The notes under the pieces are model-generated. The model worked only from the letters and a program-made list of their open reading frames with translations. It made no database searches and was not told the DNA's origin. A program made the translations under genes and the position numbers. From the NCBI RefSeq assembly GCF_001194135.2, contig NC_068984.1, positions 56,563,798 to 56,627,797 of the forward strand: 64,000 nucleotides of DNA, written 5' to 3'. Below are positions 26,173 through 38,757 of this stretch, in pieces. Source of the DNA: Octopus bimaculoides. Taxonomy: Eukaryota. Positions within the stretch are counted from its first letter, which is position 1. Every line of letters starts with the position of its first letter.

Positions 26173-26639
26173 CTTCACAATGTTGTTTAGCTCTAGGATG
26201 ATTTTGACTTACAATTCAAGGCCTTCCAGCTATATCTATACTGTTGTTTTTTTTTTGTTAGAAAGTGCCTCCAGAACTCCATTATCTAAAGTATTCCTCT
26301 TTTGTGATGGTTGGGTGGAATTTGAGGGGAATTTGGCAGCCATATTTAGCATATGGCATGCTGTCTCATTAGAAAATCATATTATGAAACTGTGTCTCTT
26401 GTAAAAACACCAACCTAACTTTAATAGACCAGTGTACTTAGTTTTACAGAAGCACTTTAGGAGTTGTAAATAACAAGATCAGTATATAAAAGATGAGTAT
26501 CTTGTAAGCTTGCTGTACTTCGTTGAAATCCATCTTTTGCCCTGAAGAAACAAATAGGAAACTATTTTGTTGTTTACACCATTGGATCACTATATGAAGA
26601 TATGTTTTCAGTCATGCAGTCATATCTCAGTTGAGATAT

Positions 26640-26975
26640 ATAAGAATGTGCATGGATGATAGAGCACAAAAGAGCTGAGAAAAAAACTGAGTATAAAGAG
26701 AATCTAATTTTTTGTGCAAGAGAGAAGACTGAGCTCATACAGTCTTATGATGTATGTGAAGGACGACACTTGTATAAAGAAGTGCCATAGGATCCAAGTG
26801 AAAGGAACCTGTGGAAAGAGCAGATTGAGGAAGACACAGGAAGAAGTGGTGAAATCTGATGCCAGGAAGCTGAACCTCATAAAGGAGATGACAAAAGACT
26901 ACAAGTAGTGAGGCACTGTACTGGAGAAGACATGTTCAACTCATACAAGCACAGCTAAATGTAAAATGATGATGG
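26640..26975 (+). mobile_element. Decayed RTE LINE 3' end
   Basis: VQERRL......DTCIKKC..IQVKGTCGKSRLRKT.EEVVKSD resembles the RTE C-terminus (RRLRWYGH...GRGRPRKTW). Followed by a gatgatg tail. Confidence 0.75.
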
Positions 26976-29877
26976 TGGTGGTGGTGGTGGTGGTGTGTGT
27001 GTGTATGCGTGTATGAAGTAAATTTTATCTTGGGTGACAATTGTTGGTTTATTGATTTGATTGATATTATTAGTGTCTGTGTATTTTGCACATGTGAGAA
27101 AGACCTGTATAAGCAATTTATAAGTAGCTTTACTGCAAAGTAAGATTCTTGTGCTTCACAAGTGCTGCTTGAAATTTAAGTTTTAAAATTCTTTGTAGTT
27201 TGACCTGCATGATAGAGATAGTAGGGACATAAACTTGAAGTTTTAGCATATATGAAGTTTAATTATTGCAGTTTTATCTTCTGTTATAATTTCATTCATG
27301 TTTAGAATGTGTAATAAAAAATCCTAATTGAAGTTGGCTGTTACTTTGTTTATTGACTAGAAAAGTATGAAAGGCAAAGTTGACCTTAGTATGATTTGTA
27401 CTCAGAATGTAAAAGGCCATAACTAAATACTACAAGGCTTTTTCTCTCTGACTTCTCCAATAAGTCTGCCATTTTCCACTAGGTTTGATTTGACCTTTAA
27501 TCCCTCTGAGTTTGTTAAAATAGGCATTAATAATGAATTAAGATTGATTATATTGAGTATAACTACTCCCTTGAGTAAATGCTATGTGTTCTCATCATCA
27601 TAGTCATTGCCATCATTATTTTATTATGGTCGATAGACATGTACTTGCTGTCTTCTACTGAGGCAAAAGTGATCATTTATTCTGAACATGAAGTTAGTTA
27701 TTTCTGTGTAAATTATGTTGAAAAGATATTAAGATATTAAACATTGTTTCAGATTGTCATATAATCATGTGTCATTGATCAATGCATTCTATCACCTACA
27801 GGCAAATTGTTAGATAGAGAGAGAAATATCTTATTTCACAATCAAAGATATTACAATTCTACTTCACTTATTTGTTTTAGAACTGAGAGGCAAGGACTGT
27901 AAAATCAGATTTAGAAAAATGTTTTAAATTTATGATGTTTTTTTATGAATATTGATGAAATATTTTTGTGAATTGGTTAGTTGTTTTTGACTGAAAATTT
28001 TTCTTTGGTAATTTGATGCTAGTTTATAATGGTACCATTTAGATGGTTTGGTGTCAAGTTTCTTTGTTGCTTACTTTGTTGCATCACCTTTTAAATAATC
28101 TGTATGAATGACATCCTGATGGTTGACAGAATATCATTTTGTTTTGAGGTTCCCCTTTCTTGTTATAACCTTACAAGTATGTAGCATACCTTCTCTTTTC
28201 CGTAGAACATTGTTCAACTCATATAACTGGTTTCTTAACATTTCAATCAATAGGGTAGCTTTCATTGACTAATTTCCTACAAGAATTTGATCCTTGATGA
28301 AGTGTGGTTCTCAGATGGTCTTATCGATTTAAATATAAATAATGTTTTTGAATTGAGAACCAATTATTTTAAGATAAATTTTGGAACAAAATTTTATTGT
28401 GATCTTATTGATCACTGAAACAGATCGTTTTATTGTTACAAGAATGATCTTATAATAATTGATTCCTGATTCAAAAGATTGCATACTTTTGAAATTGTGT
28501 ACAATTGATCAGGAAAGGAAAAAAAATTAAAAGCAATAATTGACAGTTATACACAAACACTCTACCAAGTTTAAGTAATGCTGACATTGGAGTACTTCTC
28601 AAATATATGAAAGTAATACTTCTGCATCCATGCAGAAGCATCCTAGATTGCATACAAGAGAAGATAGTTAAACTGATTGGCAATAATTCACTCACCAATA
28701 CAGTATAATCACTAACAGATGTGTCTTTTCCTCTCTTTGTATCTTCTGTTGCTACCATACTGCCTCTGTTTTTCTGAACTAGTTAACTCCTTACATTCCA
28801 TTCCTTAACTCATCTCCTTTCTATCACCGAGTTCCAGACCTTACACTAAATACTTCCCTCTCTGTCCACTGATCTACAAATGTGTAGGAAAGCCTACAAT
28901 TGTCTTATGCACTGCTTCTTCTCTACAAACTTTAAAAACAGTCTAAGTTCTTAAAATTCATGAAAATAATAATGTTCTTAAACTTAGATGTTTTCCAGAA
29001 AATTCCTGTTATAAAAGAAAGAAGATGCAAAATCTTCTACTCATGCCAAATTTGAAAAGATTGAAAAGAAAGCTTTCAAGCTTTTTAAATCTTGTAGCAT
29101 CTACCTAAGATTTGATCTCATAGGAAGTTTGTTCATATATACTGAGTCATATATTCATTTAATTATGGTTAGACTTGAGGAAATAGCTTGCAGTCAAAAG
29201 TCATATTTAAACAGAAATAGTTCCAAGATTTTATATTAAGGTATTTCAATTGCATTTGTACTATTTCCATAGTGTGTGCTAATGTGTTTTTATTATACTA
29301 AATTTGCTGGAATTACTATTCCCCATCACATCTGTATACTTTTATCAGCACTTTAAATTCACTTTTCACTCAACATACTATTAATTGCTCTTTGAATATT
29401 TGACTCCATCTTAGTGTTTTCTACTTTTGATTTTTAAAGAAATACGATCTTAGTAGTAAATGGACAAAATTCAGTTAAGTATTCCTTTCATTTTCATTTT
29501 AGCATTTTAATTTGCTTGGAAATCTTGGAACAACATTGGAAGGGAAAATTCTTTCCTTTATCTAAAACCTATTGCACTATTTTTACTTCTACTCTTTTTT
29601 TATTTTATATATATATATATATATATCAAACAAGCTTCTCTTAAAAAGTGCTCTTTATTGCTTTCTTCTGACAGGATCCTAATTTACTGTTATAGAATAG
29701 ATATAATTTACTTGTTGGAAACAAAAACATTAAAGTATCACAAGATGTTTCACATTTCAGCTAGTTGTTTTATCTTCAATTACATTTGGTTTCAATCAGT
29801 TGTTATGTTCTCAATTATGTAAAACAAAATTAAGACCTCTTAACATATTCATTCTTTCTTTCTTCTGATTTAATTAC

Positions 29878-29896
29878 CTGCTTTTTGACCTTATGT
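29878..29896 (-). CDS. Candidate 19-nt exon
   Basis: ttttatttttctttcatatttccccaatccag|ACATAAGGTCAAAAAGCAG|gtaatt. Confidence 0.2.
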
Positions 29897-30499
29897 CTGG
29901 ATTGGGGAAATATGAAAGAAAAATAAAAGAATAGCATGAGTAACAAGAGAAGAAATAAAGTAATCTAATGAAAAACAAAAAATAAAAAAAATGTTATGAG
30001 AGAGAAATGAGTTTTCTTTTTATTTTACAATCATAATTGTTTGAGTTAGTGATTTCATAAAATATTCTGCTATATTTAAACCCCGTTTTGCATGTTTATG
30101 TGAACTAACAATACCTTTTCAATGCCAAATCAAACTATAAAGAAAAATATATAAGCACACCAATATATAACATTATTTATTATTAAGCTACTACTGTCAT
30201 CAATACCACCACTACCCTTGAAGCCAGTTACACTATCACCATTCTCAGTATAATACTTTTCTCAGCTGTAACTTCTGAACTGTGACTATAATACCCCAAA
30301 GAAAGAAAGAAAACCATGAAACAAATACTTTTGAATTACTGAATATTGTGTAGCATTTCAAAAGCAATTGTGTTATCTGATTTTCTTAAATCCATTTCTG
30401 GTAAAGAGAAAAGTACTACCTTTTATTATGAAGTCAGGACTAGATTAAGGATTCTTGATAGAGATTATTAGAGAATACTATATTCTGGTACTCATGATT

Positions 30500-32947
30500 T
30501 AATATGTATCATCTCCATAACCCTGGCTGACTCTTTGGTTTAAGGAGAGAGTTGGGGAGCTGGTAAGCATTGATGCACCAGATTTGTGGAAGTCTTTTAA
30601 AGAAGGGGTACTAAAGGCATGTGACGAAGTGTGTGGAAGGACAAAAGGTAGAAGAGATCGAGAAGATATTTGGTGGTGGAACGAGGAGGTGAGGGATGAG
30701 ATAGCGAGGAAGAAGGAGGCACACAAAGCTTTATGTAATAATAGGACTGAGCAAATGAAAGCCAGATATAATGACATGAAGAATCATGCAAAGAGGGTGG
30801 TTGCGAGATCTATGAGGAAGGAGGCTGAGGAGAAGTTGAGCAGGCTGGATGAGAATCCAGATAGAGAGTTTAGGTTTATTAAACCATTGAAAAGATGGAA
30901 GAGATGTTGAGGGAGGAAGATGCATGAGGGGGAGTGATGGAAGGTTGAATTTTAGTGAGAAAGANNNNNNNNNNNNNNNNNNNNNNNNNNNNNNNNNNNN
31001 NNNNNNNNNNNNNNNNNNNNNNNNNNNNNNNNNNNNNNNNNNNNNNNNNNNNNNNNNNNNNNNNNNNNNNNNNNNNNNNNNNNNNNNNNNNNNNNNNNNN
31101 NNNNNNNNNNNNNNNNNNNNNNNNNNNNNNNNNNNNNNNNNNNNNNNNNNNNNNNNNNNNNNNNNNNNNNNNNNNNNNNNNNNNNNNNNNNNNNNNNNNN
31201 NNNNNNNNNNNNNNNNNNNNNNNNNNNNNNNNNNNNNNNNNNNNNNNNAGAGAGGGTTAGTCGGGGAGAAGTAGTGGAGGCAATGAAGGAAATGAAAAGA
31301 GGAAAGGCAGCTGGTCCATCAGAAGTAAGTGTGGAAATGATAACTGCAAGTAGAGAGACAGGAATTGTTGTGATGATGGAGCTCTGCCAGAGCATGCTGA
31401 ATGGAAGAGGAATGCCAGATGATTGGGCACTAAGTATGGTAGTACCGATCTTCAAGGGGAAGGGGAATGTGATGAGTTCTGGGGCATATAAGGCAGTGAA
31501 GTTATTGGAGCATGCAATGAAGATAGTGGAAAGGGTGTTGGAGAGGATAATTCAGAAAGGGGTGGATGTGGATGAGATGCAATTTGTTTTTATGCCAGGA
31601 AGGGATACAATAGATGCAGTGTTCATTGTAAGGACATTGCCAGAGAAATACCAAGAAATACAAGAAGGAATTGTGCATATGCTTCGTTGATCTGGAGAAG
31701 GTATTTGATAGGGTTCCAAGGAAGGTGGCTGAGTGGGCATTGAGGAAGAGAGGTGTACTAGAGGTAATAGTGAGGGCAGTGATAAGTTTATATGAGGGGG
31801 TAAAGACAAGAGTTAAAATTGGATCAGAGCTGTTGGAGGAGTTTGCGGTGAAAGTTGGTGTGCATCAGGGATCAGTGTTGTCACCGTTGTTGTTTGCAAT
31901 AGTGGTTGATGTGGTGATGGAGAGTGCAACAGAGGGATTGATAATGGATATACTATATGTGAATGACCTTGTTCTGATGAATGACACAATGGAGGGATTG
32001 AGGGAGAAGTTTTGGAAATGGAAGGAGGCATTTGAAAGCAATGGTTAGAAGGTAAACCCCAGGAAGACAAAGATGATGGTGAGCGAGGTGGAAGGAGAAG
32101 TGTTAGTGAGTAAGATGTATCTGTATGGTGTATGTTGGAGGAGCGTAATGGCAAATGCGGTGTTGTGTATGAGATGTGAGAAATGGATTCATGATAGAAG
32201 TACAAAAATGAAGAAAGTAACCCCAAGACTGGCAAGAGAGTTTGTGGAAGATGTGAGAAAGGAGCTGGAGAGCTGGCAGAACCAGTGGAAATGTTATGTG
32301 ATGAGGGGGAAATGGTGAGAGGGTTTTGTTAATTGGGAGATAGAGTGGATGTGAAACAGCTGCGATAGCAAGAGCGAGACTTGGCTGGGTGAAGTTCAGG
32401 GACTGTGGAGTGTTGTTATATGGGAAAAGGTTCTCACTGAAGATGAAAGGAAAGGTTTATAGGAGTTGTGTGAGAGCTACAATGCTGTATGGGAGTGAGA
32501 CATGGTGTCTGAGGGAGAGAGAGATAGCAATTTTGAAAAGGACCAAGAGAGCAATGGTAAGAGAAATGTGTGGATTGAAGCTGTTGGATAAGAGGAAGCT
32601 TGAGGACTTGTTAGGGATGCTGGGGTTGGAAGAATTGGTGGAATGGCTGACAAATGGAGTGCAGTGGTATGGGCATGTGTTGAGGAGGGACGAGAGTATG
32701 TTCTGAGGAGGGTGCTTGAGTTTGAGGTGAATGGACCGCGAGAGCGAGGTAGATCCAAGAAAACTTGGAGGGGACAGGGAGAGAGGAGATTGGGAGAGTT
32801 GGCTTGAGAAGGGAGGATGCCCAAAACAGGGCAAGACAGCACGATGGTGTGAGGGCGGTTGCTATGGCATTGAGGTAGATCAAGCCACCCCTGTTAATGG
32901 AGACAAAACCCGGATTTAAAACACTAGATGATGATGATAATGATAAT
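30500..32947 (+). mobile_element. 5'-truncated, frameshifted RTE-clade LINE (RT region, decayed PHD-like insert, 3'UTR, (GAT)n tail); spans an N gap
   Basis: WWWNEEV, KAAGPSEV, PIFKGKG, VKLLEHAMKIVERVL, FVDLEKVFDRVP, GVHQGSVLSPLLF, LYVNDLVL (YADD equivalent), LYGSETW, WYGHVLRR. Tail gatgatgataatgat. Confidence 0.97.
30965..31248. other. Assembly gap (N run); others at 35211-35388, 51361-51845, 53100-53418, 59465-59492
   Basis: Direct reading. Confidence 1.
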
Positions 32948-33574
32948 CATGAAATACTTGGTGAATAAAGGGGTAAAGTATTAGAAGTTGATCAAGGCTA
33001 CTACTTTTGAAATATTTGAACCACTTTATTGTTTGTGTACTTTAACTGATAAACATTTGAAATTTGTACTTGTTGTCTGAGATGTAAATTATTTCATATC
33101 TTGAGAAAGGAATTTCAGTAGTTGATAGAATTACCAAGAGTGGTAAATTGGAAGAATCATTAAAGTTTTAGAAAAATGCCTTATAGTATTTATTTCAGCT
33201 CTTTACCTTCTGAGTTCAAATCTTGCTTTGATTAATCTTCCTTTTCATCCTTCCAAAGTTGATAAAACAAAATATTGGTTACATACTAGGGTCAACTTCT
33301 GTATTACAAGTAATTATAGTATCAAGAACTTACTCAAACTCAGAGTGAGGATTATCTTTTTACTGTAGCAACATCAACACCATCATCATTTACTGTTTCC
33401 TTTCCATGCTGGCATGGTTGGATGGTTTGACAGGAAACTGGTAAGTTACAGGGCTGTGGTAGGTTCCAGTGTCACCTTTGGTATGGTTTCTATGGCTGGA
33501 TTCCCTTCCTTGCATCAACCACTTGACAGGGTGCACTGGATGCATTTTTCATGCCATTGCACAACTGAGGTTGT

Positions 33575-34090
33575 TGTGTGACTTGCAAATTAGAAAAGAA
33601 CAGGGAAAAGAGCTCTCAGTATTAAGAGGGAGTGGTCAGGAGAGGAAGGTGGAAGTGAGCGGTTTTAGGCCAGGTGTTGAACAGCTAAAGTATGATAGAG
33701 GGACAAGTGCAGGCATTTTGCTACAGAGGAGCTTCATGGCTAAAGGAGATAAAACGTAGGGAGTGAAGGGGTGCTGGAGGAAACCCTCAAAGAACAAAAA
33801 GATGAGCATAAGAGAGGATGTAGTCAGTAGGTTATGGGAAGCGATGAAAGAGAAGATTCTTTCATAAAATGAAGGGGAAGTAAACAGGTGGAGGTAGAGG
33901 TTCATATCGTGAATGATGAACTAGGGTTGGGGTGCAGATGATGGGAAATACCACTATTTGGATGGGTAAGGTGGAAGAAGTAGTAGTTGCTCAGGAAGGA
34001 GAATAGAACAGAAAATAGTGGAGTGATGTGCAAGGTGTAGGAGCAGGAGAGAGGGAGATATAGAGATACATAAGGGGTTTCAGAAGTCAA
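33575..34090 (-). mobile_element. Decayed CR1/L2-group LINE 3' region
   Basis: Purine-rich plus strand. Minus frame LLCSKMPALVPLSYFSCST resembles CR1/L2-type C-terminal sequence. Related pieces near 7100-7250 and 61930-62460. Confidence 0.5.
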
Positions 34091-35388
34091 TTCTCATTGA
34101 AAACCACTGCCTCTATCGACTGGTGCTTGTATATTCCATTTTGGCTTGGTTTCTATGGCTAGCTGCTGTTTCTATCGTCGATGCCTTCACAAGGTGTAGT
34201 GGGTGCATTTTCATGTCACTAACATTTAAAGAGGTTGTTAAGCCTTCAGTGAGACTGGATTAAATGAACCTCTCAATCTTACTTTTTCTCAGCTCACTTG
34301 TTGACCACTCTAGAAAGTGTGCCAGGTTGGTGGGGGTGGGGGTGGGTGACCTTTTGTCATGGTAGATGGTAGGCGAGAGTGTGATGATTGAAGAAAGGCC
34401 AGAACGTGTTGGTGAAAGGCACACAACTATGATGCTAAGGTGCAGTATAGTTGACTGGTTCAAAAGTTCACTTCACAATCATGAGGTTCTGATTTTGATC
34501 TAACTGCATGGTATTTTTGGTGAGTGTCAACTTCTATAGCCTTGGGTCAACCCATACCTTGTGAGTGAAACTGATAGATGGAAACTGTGCAGAAGCTTGT
34601 TGGGTGGATTATATCTCATATTCATTAGGTCCAAACTTGACACACTGTCATACTGATCCTGTCTAAAGCCCTTTCTCTTTTTCAAGTAGAAGGTCTCTTG
34701 TGCAATATACCTTTGTCAGTGCTGACAAAAGAAATTACCACTGCTTGTAGCTCAGCAATTTTTGGAAAAGACCAAATGTAAACAAGCATACACACATACT
34801 CACACATATACACACATACATGCATATATACCTATGTATGTACACCTTACTACAATCATCTTTAAGTTTCTGTCTACCAACATCTACTCACAAGGTTTAG
34901 TTGGCCAAGGGCTATAGTAGAAGATACTTTCAGTGGAACTGAAACTGAAACCACATGGTTGGGAAGCAAATTATAATTTAATTAATTGAGAACAGGGTTC
35001 CAAAAAGAAATGGAATAAGTGAACTATCAGATGACTTGTGGAATGCATTATTTGTTTCCAATACCAAATGTTTTGATATTGTTCTTTATGTCTTTATGTT
35101 TTAGGAGAATTATTCCAATTGAATCATCAGAAATCTAGCTTACTGGGTTTTATCTTTATCTTGCAGAGATTTATTTTTATACATTTTTTGTCAAGATAAG
35201 AAAAAAATTTNNNNNNNNNNNNNNNNNNNNNNNNNNNNNNNNNNNNNNNNNNNNNNNNNNNNNNNNNNNNNNNNNNNNNNNNNNNNNNNNNNNNNNNNNN
35301 NNNNNNNNNNNNNNNNNNNNNNNNNNNNNNNNNNNNNNNNNNNNNNNNNNNNNNNNNNNNNNNNNNNNNNNNNNNNNNNNNNNNNNNN

Positions 35389-35463
<75 letters not shown>

Positions 35464-35728
35464 TATATAAAGCTTGGCAGTAAATAATTTAAAAGGTTGA
35501 GTTGTATAGATTATTTGTTTGTTGTTTGACTTTAATCAGTTCTTTGGTTTCACATTAATCTTTTAACTTTCAGAAGTGGGAAAGGAGGAGGGGGGTTAAA
35601 AAATATTTTTTCATTTGAGAAACAAAGATTTGCATAAAATTTGGAAAAGGTAAAGACTAGCAAAAGTTGATTTTTGTATGTATGTTTGTACATCTCTATG
35701 CACATACATACATACATACATACATACA

Positions 35729-35762
<34 letters not shown>

Positions 35763-36023
35763 CATACATTCTTTACTAGCAGAAACATACTTGGGAAAGT
35801 AGAAAAATCCTAATTTTTCCAAATTGAAATAGAGTTTTGATTTACTTTTTTTTTATTGCATTGAGGAAAGTGATATATTGTGTTACTTGGATATTTATTT
35901 ATTATTCTTTAAAGGAAAATAAAGTGACTTTCCTATTTGCACTTGTTGAAAATAATGCAGAAAAATTTATTCTTAAGTTTCTATTAGGCTCAGAATATAT
36001 AATTTGCTATGATTTTGTGTGTG

Positions 36024-36081
<58 letters not shown>

Positions 36082-36480
36082 CATACATTTTTTTATGATT
36101 GACATTTTAGCTTTTGAAGCTGTTGAATTTGTTCCAATTTTTAAAATTTACTTTGTAAATCATTTGACATGAACTGGAGTCATTCTGTTTATTTAGTGCA
36201 TTTGTCTCATAATATTTAATGAAATAGTTTTCTAAATTATCCAACAGCGTTTCTGCTTTGTTGCTATAACAGCATCTCTACTTAATTGTTTTGTTTGTTT
36301 TCTGTATTTGGAAGTTCATTCTGCTTTTATCCAATACATATAATAAAATGCAATGTGTTTCACATTGCTCATGCAGGCAGAGCAGAATGGTAGTGAGTGC
36401 CCACAAGAAATGATCAATGCAGGCAAACTGTATTGAGAGGTTTTACTCTGAAGTTGTGCAAATTTTTATTGTAACTAATA

Positions 36481-36887
36481 TTTACTCTTTTACTCTTTTT
36501 CTTGTTTCAGTCGTTTGACTGTGGCCATGCTGGAGCACTGCCTTTAGTCAAGCAAATGGACCCCAGGGCTTATTCTTTGTAAGCCTAGTATTTATTCTAT
36601 CCATCTCTTTTGCCGAACTGCTAAGTTACGGGAACGTAAACACACCAGCATCAGTTGTCAAGTGATGCTGGGGGCACAAACACAGACACACAAACATATA
36701 TATATATATACATATACATATATACAAAGGGCTTCTTTCAGTTTCTGTCTACCAAATCCACTCACAAGGCTTTGGTTGGTCCGAGGCTATAGTAGAAGAC
36801 ACTTGCCCAAGGTGCCACGCTGTGGGACTGAACCCGGAACCATGTGGTTGGTAAGCAAGCTACTTACCACACAGCCACTCCTGCACC
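36481..36887 (-). mobile_element. Young CORE-type SINE (OR2-like)
   Basis: Intact head ggtgcaggagtggctgtgtgg, B-box ggttcagtccc, CORE block and (AAAGAGT) tail. Confidence 0.92.
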
Positions 36888-37680
36888 TATACTTTAACAC
36901 ACACACACGCATGCCTGGATTTAAACCATGGTGGTGATGGGGGACACTTCAAGTTGGGTGGGCCCCTTATACACAAGAATTAAAATCTTAAAAAATTACC
37001 AAATTTAAATCTCAAAACCCATCTATTTCATGTAACTAAATTTGATGAGTTAGCAGAGAAAGTTTAAATAAATGAATAAAAATGTCATTTTTATGGATAC
37101 ACTTTTTCAAATTTCGTATTTCACACATCCACTTGCAATGTTTGACTTTTTCTTTCATTGTGAAAAGTACAATGAAGGAGAGAAAAGTTGGGTAAGATTT
37201 TTTTTTCTTTTAATGTGAGTTACATATGTTTCAGAATTTAGAGTAAGATAAAATGACAGAAAATTACAAAAAAGAAAAAATCATTTTTGTGGTTGTTGCT
37301 ATTCTAAAGGCATGATGTGTGTGTGTGTGAAAGAGAGCGGGGTAGAATCAAAAATGGGAAATTCAAACAGCTTTCTGAAAGCCTGCTTTTCCAGTAAGAG
37401 TAGGTGAGGCACCATGAGTAATACTTACTGCATTTTTTACTTTGAAGTAAATATATTTTTTACAAATGTTCACTACCTTGCCAAAACTATATCAGTAAAG
37501 TAAAGATCTTCTCTACATGCAGAAAAACCTATAACTTATTCAGAACACTTTCAGAAAATTTTCTCTGTTCTCTTTAAGCATATAAAAGACAAATTTAGGC
37601 AGGGCAATATGGGTAAACAAGACAAGCTAAATATGCCCTTCTGTTTCTCCAGAATTAAATTCGAACAAAAGAGTCATTCA

Positions 37681-37722
37681 CATCTTTAGACATCCATCTT
37701 TAGACATCCATCTTTAGACATC
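37681..37722. repeat. 3 x 14-bp perfect tandem repeat CATCTTTAGACATC
   Basis: Direct reading. Confidence 0.9.
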
Positions 37723-38146
37723 AGAAATGCAACAAAATATAAAATATATCTAAGTCAAATGAAAGAGGATTATGGGAAAATAGCACATAATATGAAATTA
37801 ATGAAACTCACTAAATCTAAAAACTCAACATAAAATATTCTTTATAGCTTCTTCATGACAGCTTCTTCACCAAAATTTATCCGGATATTTTATTAGCTAC
37901 CGCAATTACAATCAGGTCAAATTTGAGGAAAAATTTCTTGAAAATAGTACCTGTCACTTATGTTTCAAACTCTCAACTTCAACAACTATGTAAACTATAC
38001 TGAACAATTTTTACTCCCAACTACTTTCTGTTGAAGGATGTAGGCTCGAAATGTAAAAGACTTTTTCATTTATCCCTAGCATCAAACTAATATACCTGCT
38101 TGTTGTTCATACACCTGTCTTTGTCTTTTGTTTTTCTATAAATTTC

Positions 38147-38197
<51 letters not shown>

Positions 38198-38209
38198 CTT
38201 ACACACACA

Positions 38210-38251
<42 letters not shown>

Positions 38252-38397
38252 TATATGTAACTATTTGGACTTTGGGTATACATTTATTAGTATGTCCATC
38301 AAAGCACATTCACCTTTTGAGCTACCTGTTGTTATCCACAGTTACAGTATAATTTTCACTGGATCTACATCAGGAAATCTGCAGTGTTTGTTGAGTT

Positions 38398-38757
38398 TAT
38401 AATTGATGAGAGAAACGGAAGATAGATTTAGTACAAATCTTTATTCAGCACGACAATTGTCTTGAGCCACCCTGCAGCTATCCTTTAGGGATAGGATATT
38501 TTGCATCTAGTTGTGTTGCATCAATCATTGCAGGCTGGGTCACTTCAAGTATTTGGTGTAAAGAAGATATCTCACTCGAGAAGGGTATCTTCTTTACACC
38601 ATGCACCTGAAGTAATACAGCCTGCAATGATTGATGCAACATAACTAGATGCACAATATCCTACCCCTAAAGGAGAGCTACAGGATGGGTCAAAATGATT
38701 TTCATGCTGAATAAAGATTCATACTAAATCCATCTTCTGTTTCCTTCATCAATTATA
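38398..38757. mobile_element. 360-bp fold-back (palindromic) element, probably a TA-flanked MITE
   Basis: Arms 38398-38569 and 38586-38757 are reverse complements with mostly transition mismatches. Loop about 16 nt. Ends TATAATTGATG...CATCAATTATA. Confidence 0.85.

Noticed and set aside
28471-28922. 95-aa minus ORF with a GTGAGT donor at 28695
   Set aside because: All frames from the nearest good acceptor (28923) contain stops, and there is no recognisable homology.
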